DNA of 64,000 bases. Source: Tortispora ganteri. Taxonomy: Eukaryota. The stretch lies in assembly GCA_003707115.1 (NCBI GenBank), contig PPNB01000006.1, positions 1 through 64,000 on the forward strand, written 5' to 3'. The notes under the pieces were generated by a model. That model was given only the letters and a program-made list of their open reading frames with translations. It was not told where the DNA came from and did no database searches. The position numbers and the translations under genes are program-made. This document shows, in pieces, positions 54,201 through 64,000 of this stretch (the first letter of the stretch is position 1; every line of letters begins with the position of its first letter).

Positions 54201-55185
54201 CCAGACAATCGAGAAGCAACATCTTATAGATGAAAAGCTTGATGTCCAGATTAAAGACCTGGAATTTCAGGCTCAAAATTTATCTGGTTACGCGCAACAG
54301 GCTAAGAGTAATTTGGAATTACGACATTTGAATCGCGAGCGTGAACGGTTACAGACTAAGTTTGATGAATTTAAGAAAAGTAGCGAATTGACTATTGCAG
54401 ATCATGAGAAACGGTTATCTAAGCTAACATCTGATCAGTCTGAACTTAATAGATTGCATGGAAGCATTCAAGGTGAGATAGTTCAAATGAGGAGTAGTTT
54501 GAAAAACCTTGAGGAAACACTCAATAGTCCAAAATATAAGAACGTGGATCGTCACTACAAAGAAAAACTGGCTAGAATTGAAGCGACGAAAAAGGCCCGA
54601 GATGAGCTACAGCTATATATAAAAAACCTGGACAATGGGATTATGCAGTACCATAGTTCGAAGATGGAGCAGGTGAACGAAATAGTTGACAATCTTTGGA
54701 AACAAACTTATACCGGGTCTGATATTGATACAATTGGTATCAAAAGTGAAGTAGAGAAGAGTACTGCAAAAGCTACGAGTGAAATAGCATCGAAGGATTT
54801 CAAGTATCGGGTGTATATGAAAAAGCAAGATGTTGAGCTAGATATGAGAGGACGATGTTCTGCTGGTCACAAGGTTCTTGCATGCATTATAATTCGGTTA
54901 GCACTAGCGGAATGTTTTGGTGCTAACTGCGGGATTATTGCTCTTGATGAACCTACCACTAACCTGGACAAAGATAATACGGAAAGACTTGCGGAATCAT
55001 TATCTGCATTAATTCACTATAGACGTCAGCAGGCTAATTTTCAGTTGATAATTATTACGCATGATCCAACATTTTTAAAGAACATGAATGCTGAACAATA
55101 CACGGATTTGTATTACGAAGTCAGTCGCGGTCAAAACCAGCTAAGTCGTATCACGAAGGTGCCAATATCTCAATTGGCGAGCTGA
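51207..55185 (+). CDS. RAD50: DNA repair ATPase Rad50, 2 exons: 51207-51208 (AT) and 51270-55185
   Basis: Spliced MSVIDQLGILGVRSF; Walker A GQNGSGKT, FCHQEES, central CAFC hook, MRGRCSAGHK, LDEPTTNLD, IITHD. Confidence 0.95.
51209..51269 (+). other. Spliceosomal intron (61 nt) splitting the RAD50 start codon (AT^G)
   Basis: GTAAGT donor, AACTAAC 51257-51263, TAG acceptor; splicing yields the canonical Rad50 N-terminus. Confidence 0.88.
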
Positions 55186-55741
55186 ATCGTCTAGGATAAA
55201 TGGATGGCATAAAATGCGCTGTGTGGCTATTCTCAAATAAGCTGTCCCATTCATTATCTACTGGAAATTTCAATGTGATATAACGGAGTTTTGATGGAAC
55301 CAAAGAGAACAACTCAAAATCAAAGACCATGAACAAATTCATCAACTATTTCAGTGATTCTTTTTCTAATCTCATCGAATAGTATGATTCTTCATATAGT
55401 GTCTGCACTTCCATTTTGCACAGAAACATCTAGATCAATTTTTCTTAAATGAAAACAACATAAACTAACCTGCCACATTATCAGTCTTTTGTCTTACATT
55501 CCAATTTCTCATCACAATTTACGTACAGACGCGATCAGTAGCCGAAAACGACTATTAAATTATCTTGTATACTACTTCTATCTTGTGCACGTGACTTGAG
55601 ACACAGGCCTGTGACAAAAACCACTTAGCTCGTTTATTACCCTAAACCCTGATGATATGAGGGCAAAGTGATTGTGATATTCCACGACCATCTAACTTAC
55701 CTTTCACACTTCTATATTTGCCATCGACTTCTTTCTGCAGC

Positions 55742-58700
55742 ATGGAGAATCAACCAGGAGACATTGATGAGTCTCTATACTCGCGTCAGTTGTATGTGCT
55801 CGGGAAGGAGGCAATGCAGCAGATGAAATCTTCGAATGTACTGATTATAGGCCTTGGAGGGTTAGGTGTAGAAATCGCAAAGAACGTCGCTTTGGCAGGC
55901 GTCAAGAGCTTGACTCTTTACGACCCTACACCTGCTACCATGATCGACCTGTCGGCACAGTACTATTTGACTTTGACAGATATCGGTAAGCCCAGAGCCG
56001 AGGCATGCGTCTCCAAGGTTGCCGAATTGAATGAATACGTCCCTGTATCGGTTCTGGACACACTCGATCAGTCCACTGTCTCCGCTTTCAAGGTAGTTGT
56101 TTGCACTAACCAATCCCTTGAACTCCAATTAAAAGTCAATGAATGGACCCGCGCTTCAGGAGCCGCGTTCATCAGCTCGTCCGTGAGAGGCTTGTTTGGT
56201 ATGCACTTCAATGATTTCGGAAAGCAGTTTACTGTGCTCGACCCTACCGGTGAGGAACCCATATCCGGGATTCTCTCAGATATCTCGTCTGATGGTGTCG
56301 TCACTGCCCACGATGAAACACGCCATGGCCTTGAAGATGGCGACTATGTTCGTTTTACTGAAGTTCTAGGAATGCCCGGCTTGAACGAAGCTGATCCGCT
56401 GCCCGTCAAGGTACTTGGACCGTACACTTTCTCAGTAGGTGATGTATCTAAATACGGTACATACGAAAGAGGTGGAGTATTCCATCAAGTTAAACAGCCC
56501 AAAGTTTTGGAATTCAAACCTCTTGTCGAATCAATCAATGATCCTGACTACCTTGTAACCGATTTTGCTAAGTTTGACCGTCCTGCACAACTTCATATCG
56601 GGTTCATCGCTTTGGATAAGTTCATTCAGCAGAACTCGGCTCTACCTCGTCCTAGAAATAAAGAGGATGCTGAGAAATTACTAGATATTGCCAAAAATGT
56701 CGTGACTGAATATCCATCTATAATTTCTGATGCCATTATCGATGAGAAACTCATCTCTGAGTTAGCTTTAGAGGCTCGTGGAAATTTGGCCCCTATGACT
56801 GCTATGCTTGGTGGCTTTGCTGCCCAAGAAGTCCTAAAGGCTTGCACTGGAAAGTTTTCGCCTGCCAAACAGTGGATGTATTTTGATTCCTTGGAATCAT
56901 TGCCGCCTAATCTATCCGAAGATGACTGCAAGGAAGTAGGTTCCAGATATGATGGCAACATAGTTGTTTTGGGCAAGAAAATTCAGGATCAAATTTCAAA
57001 CCTGAACGCGTTCCTTGTTGGTTCAGGTGCAATTGGTTGTGAAATGTTAAAGATCTGGGCTTTACTCGGTGTCGGTACTGGACCTGACGGCAAAATTATA
57101 GTCACAGACATGGATTCTATCGAGCGTAGTAACCTGAACAGACAGTTTTTATTCCGCGCTCCTGATGTTGGAAAATTGAAAAGCGAAGCTGCTGCTAAAG
57201 CTGTCACTAATATCAATCCTGATCTTGGTGGTAAAATTGTCGCCATGCAAGAAAAAGTCGGAGCTGATACAGAAACCATCTTTAATGATGATTTCTGGCA
57301 GCCTATTCATATAGTTGCCAATGCTCTGGATAATGTTGATGCTCGCACATACGTGGATCGACGATGTGTGTTTTTCCGTAAACCACTCCTAGAAAGCGGT
57401 ACGCTGGGCACTAAGGGTAATGTTCAGGTGGTCATCCCTGATCTTACCGAAAGTTACTCCTCATCTCGCGATCCCCCAGAAAAATCAATTCCTCTTTGCA
57501 CATTGAAGAGTTTCCCCAATCAAATCGAGCACACCATTGCCTGGGCCAAAAGCATGTTTGAAGAATACTTCACTAGTCAGGAGGAGATGGTTAACATGTA
57601 TTTATCCAACCCCAATTTTATTGAAAACACTCTGAGCACTACTTCTGATCAGATTGGTACTTTGACTACACTCTACAACTACCTTGTCGCTGCCAAAGCC
57701 ACAACATTTGAAGATTGTATTGCGTGGGCACGCTTAGAGTTTGAGACTAAGTTTCATAACGACATTGTTCAACTCTTGTACAACTTTCCAAAAGATTCAG
57801 TTACCTCAGCTGGTATCCCATTTTGGTCAGGTCCTAAGAGAGCACCTACACCCCTGACGTTTGATATCAACAATCCTACTCATTTTGGTTTTGTTCAAGC
57901 GGCTGCTAATTTGCGTGCTTACAATTTTGGTATTCCTGTGGACAATAATCCTGAAACATATCAGAAAGTGATCGATAGCTTGATTATACCCGACTTTGTT
58001 CCGAAGTCTGGAATTGTTATTAAAGAGAAAGACACTGACCCTGATCCCGCAGGTACTACAGTAACCAGTGATACTGACCAAATTCAGGAACTTATCTCAA
58101 AGATTCCGCCTGCTTCAGAATTTGGTAGTTTTAGACTGAACCCGGTGGAATTTGAGAAGGATGACGACAGTAACTTCCATATTGATTTTATCACTGCGGC
58201 GTCCAATCTTCGTGCCAGTAATTACAACATTGAACCCGCTGATCGATCGAAAACAAAATTTATTGCCGGAAAGATTATTCCAGCCATTGCCACCACAACT
58301 GCGTTGGTTACCGGTTTAGTTAACTTGGAATTACTGAAGCTTGTTGAAGGCAAGGAAAAAGATATTGAGGCGTTCAAAAACGGATTTATTAATCTGGCCT
58401 TGCCCTTTTTTGGATTCTCTGAACCAATTGCTTCCGGCAAAATCAAATATAATGATAAGCAGATTGATCAAATCTGGGGACGTTTTGACATTTACAATGA
58501 TTTGACTTTGCAAGAGTTTATCGATCACTTCGAGAAAGAGGAAGGGCTTAGTATTACTATGGTTTCTTACAATGTGAGTTTGTTGTATGCCAGTTTCTTC
58601 CCGCCAAAGAAGCTAAAAGAAAAATACGGCATGAAGATGACCGAGTTGGTCTCTACTGTATCTAAGAAGGAGATACCTGCCGGAACTAAGACTTTGTTGT

Positions 58701-58771
58701 TTGAGATCTGTGCTGATGACAAAGAAGGAAATGATGTGGAAATTTTGCCTTTCATTTGCTTGCATTTGTAA
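55742..58771 (+). CDS. UBA1: Ubiquitin-activating enzyme E1
   Basis: [32 protein letters not shown], active-site [20 protein letters not shown] at 55742. Confidence 0.97.
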   Translation: MENQPGDIDESLYSRQLYVLGKEAMQQMKSSNVLIIGLGGLGVEIAKNVALAGVKSLTLYDPTPATMIDLSAQYYLTLTDIGKPRAEACVSKVAELNEYVPVSVLDTLDQSTVSAFKVVVCTNQSLELQLKVNEWTRASGAAFISSSVRGLFGMHFNDFGKQFTVLDPTGEEPISGILSDISSDGVVTAHDETRHGLEDGDYVRFTEVLGMPGLNEADPLPVKVLGPYTFSVGDVSKYGTYERGGVFHQVKQPKVLEFKPLVESINDPDYLVTDFAKFDRPAQLHIGFIALDKFIQQNSALPRPRNKEDAEKLLDIAKNVVTEYPSIISDAIIDEKLISELALEARGNLAPMTAMLGGFAAQEVLKACTGKFSPAKQWMYFDSLESLPPNLSEDDCKEVGSRYDGNIVVLGKKIQDQISNLNAFLVGSGAIGCEMLKIWALLGVGTGPDGKIIVTDMDSIERSNLNRQFLFRAPDVGKLKSEAAAKAVTNINPDLGGKIVAMQEKVGADTETIFNDDFWQPIHIVANALDNVDARTYVDRRCVFFRKPLLESGTLGTKGNVQVVIPDLTESYSSSRDPPEKSIPLCTLKSFPNQIEHTIAWAKSMFEEYFTSQEEMVNMYLSNPNFIENTLSTTSDQIGTLTTLYNYLVAAKATTFEDCIAWARLEFETKFHNDIVQLLYNFPKDSVTSAGIPFWSGPKRAPTPLTFDINNPTHFGFVQAAANLRAYNFGIPVDNNPETYQKVIDSLIIPDFVPKSGIVIKEKDTDPDPAGTTVTSDTDQIQELISKIPPASEFGSFRLNPVEFEKDDDSNFHIDFITAASNLRASNYNIEPADRSKTKFIAGKIIPAIATTTALVTGLVNLELLKLVEGKEKDIEAFKNGFINLALPFFGFSEPIASGKIKYNDKQIDQIWGRFDIYNDLTLQEFIDHFEKEEGLSITMVSYNVSLLYASFFPPKKLKEKYGMKMTELVSTVSKKEIPAGTKTLLFEICADDKEGNDVEILPFICLHL

Positions 58772-59056
58772 TACGGAATTTCTTTGTATATTCTAATTAA
58801 GTGATATATTATCCCTTGTGGTGTAGTTCAGGAACGCCAACATACATATAGAGAAGAAGATGATACTGCAACATTTTGTACAAATAAAAAGCAATTTTAA
58901 AAACATTTCAGTTGCCTATAATCCAGATTGAATAAATACGAGTAAACTACTTATTGAAGAACAAGTTATTAACACTTTTATTTAAGCGACATATTCAGAG
59001 CACCAGGAAAACTAACAAAAAAAACACAAAACAAGCACGGAAAACTATTGTTTTAT

Positions 59057-60748
59057 TTAATGACTAGCGTCCTTGGCGTATTTCCAAGCACGCGCTGCAC
59101 TGTGAGCTCGAGACTTCTTGCCCCACCAGATCATAGGGAACATGGGAACCCAGAAGATGAAGCCTAAGAGTCCTACAACGATAAAGCAGTTTTGAAGGCC
59201 AGAATGGTTAACCCATGGAGTGATAGCGTAGGCAAAAGCAAAACCCATAAGGTTACGGACCAAAATGACAGATACCATAACATCACCTCCAAATTCTTTG
59301 TAGCAATCAAGGGCGTAAGTGTAGGGGAGAGAGGCGGCAAGTGTGTTTCCGCAGGCGGCAATACCAAATCCAAGAACTGGCACAATCCAATGATTACCTT
59401 TAGCAGCACCTATACCATACATCCATAGACCAACGGGAGTGGTTATAAGAGCAATGATACCTGTCCATAGACGCATTTCGGGCTCACGGACACCACCGTT
59501 TCTTCGAGCGAGTTTCAGAGCCAATTTATCAGTGAAATCGCCACCCAAGTAGACAGCAATACAAACACCAATGACAGGGGAGATATATATAAGACCTAAT
59601 CCAGTAGAGTCAAAGTTGTACGGGGGTACAGAAAAGATGGAGGCAACAGTACCAGTCAAAACCATGAACCAGGAGAGAGAGGAGGCGACAGTAATTCCAG
59701 CCCAGAGGACAGGAGGGAAATAGTAAAGGATCAAGATAGGGCGGTACATACTCTTGATCATAGTATTTGGTTTTCCAGGGAGCTTTGTGTATAGAACGGG
59801 ACGCATTTCCCAGAAAGACTTTATTCTGTATTCTTCAACTTGAGTCTCAAAATCGTCAGACATGGAAGTTGTAGTTACGGCTCCAGATTTTTCGACAACA
59901 TCACCGTTGGCGGAAGCAATAGAAGTAATAGGAACAACGAGTGCGTCGTCGACATTCATGTGATTGTGAGTCTTGGCTTCATCAATAGCGATCTGGTCCT
60001 TAATAGCGTTAGGGCGGTAATACATTGTTTCTTCCATAAAGAAATAGGAACCAACGGCACCAACTCCGAGGAAGATAGCAAAAAAGTAGTTGATCCACTT
60101 CCAGCCCATTGAACCATTAACGAAGGAAGATGCGAGGGGACCTAGGTAGGTGCCTCCCATGAGCATCCAGACGTAGACACCCATATAAAAGCCACGTTCG
60201 TGTGCGAAGAAGAGATCGCCGACTATGACTTCCTGTAGAGATTCGACAGGGGCAAGGAAGAGGCCGGTCAAGACACGATTTCCATAGAGTTCCTGTTCAT
60301 CAGTGATGAAGTTGAACCAAATGCAGAAAGCAACACCTCCAATGAGGGTGAACCAGGTGAACATCATGCGGCGGCCGTAGTTGAGAGCAAGAGGCTGCAT
60401 AATGAGATTTCCGACACCGAAAAGTAAGAAAAGATAACCGGAACCATTGACGAGAACTTCGAGAGTAACGTTCATACCTTCGGCGATATCAAGATAAGCT
60501 GGACTGAGAGCTGCGGCCAGCACAGCTACGAAGAAGGTGTACCAACTTGGCCAGATGAATGTCATCCATTTACGCTTGTTGGACCAATTGAGCGGATCAT
60601 TTGGATCCTTTGTGGGTTGAGGCACAAGGACAATATCCTTCTGGGAACCATGGGCGACATTGTCCAAATTATGCTCAAGATCGAGAAGATAAACGGTGCC
60701 AGGGATAGGGAGACCATTGTGTGTGAGAACTGGATCTTTCTCAGACAT
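59057..60748 (-). CDS. MFS transporter (HOL1-like)
   Basis: IPGTVYL, VLVPQPTKDPNDPLNW, DLFFAHERG, RRNGGVREPEMRL; ATG at 60748, TATAAATA about 40 bp upstream. Confidence 0.92.
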   Translation of the reverse strand: MSEKDPVLTHNGLPIPGTVYLLDLEHNLDNVAHGSQKDIVLVPQPTKDPNDPLNWSNKRKWMTFIWPSWYTFFVAVLAAALSPAYLDIAEGMNVTLEVLVNGSGYLFLLFGVGNLIMQPLALNYGRRMMFTWFTLIGGVAFCIWFNFITDEQELYGNRVLTGLFLAPVESLQEVIVGDLFFAHERGFYMGVYVWMLMGGTYLGPLASSFVNGSMGWKWINYFFAIFLGVGAVGSYFFMEETMYYRPNAIKDQIAIDEAKTHNHMNVDDALVVPITSIASANGDVVEKSGAVTTTSMSDDFETQVEEYRIKSFWEMRPVLYTKLPGKPNTMIKSMYRPILILYYFPPVLWAGITVASSLSWFMVLTGTVASIFSVPPYNFDSTGLGLIYISPVIGVCIAVYLGGDFTDKLALKLARRNGGVREPEMRLWTGIIALITTPVGLWMYGIGAAKGNHWIVPVLGFGIAACGNTLAASLPYTYALDCYKEFGGDVMVSVILVRNLMGFAFAYAITPWVNHSGLQNCFIVVGLLGFIFWVPMFPMIWWGKKSRAHSAARAWKYAKDASH

Positions 60749-61603
60749 TTTTATTGAAGGCGAATGATAATGGCGAAGAAGCGGAGTATTTATAAACAAT
60801 ATTGATCGGATTTATACGATAACATTACCGCGGTGAAGTTTTACTGATAAGCATCAACTAATAACAGTCTAATCTTTTACCTCTGCCTGGCAATTAGTGG
60901 TATTTTCCCTTTGGCTGGCATGTTCTTGGCTATAACTACCTTTATTGTAATCCGGAAAATAAAATAGGCTTAACCAAATTAAGTTTTAAGGTTTAAAGCA
61001 TGTTATTCTGGTGATACCGCGCCACAGCAGCTCAGCATTCGATTGCGCGATAGCCGATGAGAAACCACTTCTCTTGTAAGTGGAATTGTCACGCAGTTTA
61101 GTTCTAATTAATCTATCTGAAGATGGACTCTTCAGAAATTGCTGCAATAATGAAGAAAATCGTAACAAACGGTAGAGGAGCCTGATGAGGGTGCAGGTAT
61201 CACTGTTGAGTTATTTTCAGCAACTCACTGGGCCGTTGATCAGAAACACTGGGACACATTAAAGTGCTATTTCTCAAAGTCTAATTCGTATAGCTAAGCT
61301 GTGCATGCCACCTTTAACAGTTACACAGTCCACAGCGCTTAATATACTTATTTTATCTCTCTATTCAACTTTCTAACCGTCTGAGTTGTTTTTGATTTAT
61401 TTTTACGACCGTGTCAATGACCATCTGTTGCTATCCCGTCAGGTGGGCTTGATCTCTTATCATTAACTTGTCACATGGAAACTTAAACCTTCAATCCATT
61501 AAAGTTCCCGTGCTTTATCTTTTCGAACTCATCATTTACCATTTAGGAAGATTAACCGCCTGCCATGTATTATACTATTAGCACTGAATGTATGCTGAAT
61601 CTT

Positions 61604-61734
61604 CGTTCCTAGCATACCTAACTATCTAAAATATTTATTCCCTATCGACTGAGAATGATTTTCTTGCGTTCCTAGCATTACTAACTATCTAAATTTTTTA
61701 CACCCTATCGACTGAGAATGACTTTATTGCGTTC
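61604..61734. repeat. 63-bp tandem duplication (2 copies plus a 5-bp stub)
   Basis: Units at 61604 and 61667 differ at 8 of 63 positions by manual alignment. Confidence 0.9.
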
Positions 61735-63121
61735 TTATATTTACATTGCAGAATTACGCAGCATGGATATTACTGTGTAACACTTGGTGGGCTCTATTAC
61801 CAGTTCAGTGAACTGTCTTTTCTCGCTCAGATCTCTAATGAATTCCCAACTGTCATACAGAAAAGGTTTACCGGAAATCAAACGCCTAAACAAGATTTCC
61901 TATCTCTTCTCCACTAGGTGTCGTTGGCTGGGCGCTACTTTATCTGCGTTAAGTTAAGGTACACCTTCATTCTCACGTGGTGCTCTGATTCTCTCTTCCT
62001 ATACCTCATAGATCTACTTCGTGATCAATTGATACTCTTCGCTCTTGCTCATGGCATAGCTGCACGATTGGCCCTCTTTGGAGAAGAAATTGCAGAATTA
62101 TTGTCACTTGTTATTTTTTGCCTATGTCTCAGATGCTTTCCCCGCTTATAATTGGTCGCGCTCCGTGGCCGGCGGTCTTCTCCCCTAAAATGGTCATGAA
62201 GAAACCTTAATATTCAACTGCTTTTTTAACTCTCCTGCAACTACGATCAGCAGCGACTTGATTAAGACCGCGCTTTAATGGGTACTCCTTATAACGTTTA
62301 CGCATGTGTCTTTTCTTGATCGCCGATAACAGTTTTTGTTTTCCTATTGCTCATTTAGCATAACCGAATTATCTGTAGTGTCGCTAAAAGCGCCTAGCCT
62401 AATCTGTGGCTGTTTACAGTTATTCCGAAGTACAAGGCCTAACCTCTTATTTTCCGCCTGCTCGTCTAATCTATTATTCCGCTAGACTCAGCTCATTGTA
62501 CTTTGCAGATTTTTCCTTTCTGGGCGGAACCGATGGCAAGCCAATTGCCCTTACTGTCAAGTCTTGTGCGTCAGCCCCGCAGTGTACGCCAATCAGGACC
62601 TCTATGATAGAGTATACCGCCTAAATGCACTATTTCCCCTCTTCTTTCCATGTCGGCGTCTTTTCTAAATTGCTCCGCACTTTCCATCTGCGAAGATTGC
62701 TGCGTTATTTGCAACATTCCTTTTAGAACAGTGAAATCTGGGCTCTCCTTTGCACAAAGTTAATTAGGTTCGTAACTGAGTCGATATTAGCTAATTCTGC
62801 ACGATCGCAGCGGTTATGTGTCTATCGGTACTACCAACTTTATACTCAGTGATTTTTCATCTTTTGTCTCTTCAGAAATATTACTCCTTTTTGGTTCAAT
62901 ATTTTCAAGCGAGATAATGATTTTGGCCAGTTCGTTGTTCAACTTGCAATCGCATCTTCCTGTTCGTCCATGTAACAACCTCTAATTAGTGATATGGTCT
63001 TAGAATGGGACTTTCCTAAAAGGGATGCATTGGGAAAACTGTCGGATCTAGCACCTAAAAAAAATTACCTGCTCTTCAACTACAAGCAAAAGGATCGAAA
63101 TTGCGTCCATTTTGATATATA

Positions 63122-64000
63122 ATGAGCGATTCCGAAACAGATATTACTAATTCTTTGGTTATAGGTGGTGAAAAGCGCAATGCAAAGGTAAATTCATTAT
63201 ATTCAAACTCCAAGCGTCAAAGTGCGAATGTGAACGCTCTGAATCATTCACACTTCAGCGACACTGAAAGCGAACACGATGACCTGCTACCACAAGATTT
63301 ACTGCCATCTAATGTCGACCATGGAAACAACAAAGGTGCTAATAAAGGAACGTTTTTAGGTCTGGGTCTCTCTAATCCTGTCGCTGCGGCTGTGAAACGC
63401 AAAGGTTATAAGCAGCCTACTCCTATCCAACGACGCACTATTCCAGTTATCCTCGAAGGCAAAGATGTTGTAGGTATGGCTCGCACAGGAAGCGGAAAAA
63501 CCGCGGCTTTTATGCTACCAATAATAGACATGCTCAAAAGCCATTCCGCGCAAGTGGGTGCTAGAGCGCTCATACTTACTCCTAGTCGAGAATTGGCTCT
63601 TCAAACAATACGAGTATTTAAGGACTTTTCTTCCGGAACAGATTTGCGCTGTGCTCTTTTAGTAGGTGGAGATAGTCTAGAGGACCAATTTGGTTTCATG
63701 ATGTCTAACCCGGATATTATAATCGCAACTCCTGGCCGTTTCTTGCATCTAAAAGTGGAAATGAACCTCAACCTCAAAACTATTCAATACGTTGTTTTCG
63801 ATGAAGCCGACCGTCTTTTTGAAATGGGATTCTCCTTACAACTTACTAATATTTTGAGCTATCTACCGGAATTCAGACAAAGTCTGCTATTTAGTGCTAC
63901 ATTGCCTAAATCGCTAGTTGAGTTTGCCAAAGCAGGACTGCACGATCCTGTACTTGTTCGCTTAGATGCTGAACAGAAGATCCCTGAGAACCTTGAAATG
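63122..64000 (+). CDS. DBP10: DEAD-box RNA helicase Dbp10/DDX54 (3' end runs off the window)
   Basis: Manual translation: [12 protein letters not shown]...[33 protein letters not shown]...PSRELALQT...[11 protein letters not shown]...LFSATLP. Confidence 0.93.
   Translation, partial: MSDSETDITNSLVIGGEKRNAKVNSLYSNSKRQSANVNALNHSHFSDTESEHDDLLPQDLLPSNVDHGNNKGANKGTFLGLGLSNPVAAAVKRKGYKQPTPIQRRTIPVILEGKDVVGMARTGSGKTAAFMLPIIDMLKSHSAQVGARALILTPSRELALQTIRVFKDFSSGTDLRCALLVGGDSLEDQFGFMMSNPDIIIATPGRFLHLKVEMNLNLKTIQYVVFDEADRLFEMGFSLQLTNILSYLPEFRQSLLFSATLPKSLVEFAKAGLHDPVLVRLDAEQKIPENLEM

Noticed and set aside
55690..55741. Possible 3' splice site (TCTAAC...CTGCAG) just before the UBA1 ATG
   Set aside because: No convincing upstream donor; branch-to-AG distance is much longer than in the four clear introns
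57134..57136. Alternative CUG decoding (Ser or Ala clades)
   Set aside because: CTG encodes invariant Leu in Uba1 SNLNRQ (57134) and Rad50 TNLD (54964)
60749..60860. HOL1-type polyamine-sensing uORF upstream of the MFS gene
   Set aside because: The nearby ATG ORF (MLSYKSDQYCL*) starts upstream of the TATA and lacks the Pro-Ser-stop ending
61182..61250. CTGATGA...GAAA resembling a hammerhead ribozyme core
   Set aside because: No stem II closing onto CGAAA and no stems I/III found
61604..61734. CRISPR-like array or tandem C/D snoRNAs
   Set aside because: Contiguous duplication without unique spacers; no proper RTGATGA box C paired with box D

Overview
A gene-dense, intron-poor 64 kb window from a budding yeast, probably an early-diverging Saccharomycotina lineage (inference from gene content and intron style). 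It uses the standard genetic code: CTG encodes conserved Leu in Uba1 SNLNRQ and Rad50 TTNLD. I find 37 protein-coding genes, two cut by the window edges (GPM1, DBP10), and four short 5'-proximal introns (61-110 nt) that correct ORF-track starts. Most genes are housekeeping: RPS18, RPS5, SDO1, THG1, NCL1, PAP1, DBP6, RRP45, CWC15, SLX9, DBP10, SEC63, PAM17, PEX8, LEU4, GPD1, LCB1, CHK1, RAD50, UBA1, a ClC channel, two HOL1-like MFS transporters and a divergent FET3-FTR1 pair. No tRNA, rRNA, CRISPR array or intact transposon was recognised. The main points of interest are: (1) a bacterial glutaredoxin-type ArsC arsenate reductase, a likely horizontal acquisition; (2) a DDRGK1/UFBP1-like membrane protein head-to-head with SEC63, although yeasts are thought to lack UFMylation; (3) a three-motif cassette with matching spacing in both ribosomal-protein promoters; (4) Rad50 with His in place of the conserved ABC-signature Gln; (5) G/C-skew inversions around an AT-rich trough; (6) a 2.4 kb gene-free gap with a 63-bp duplication and possible pseudogene remnants. 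All calls come from reading motifs by eye; no searches were run.
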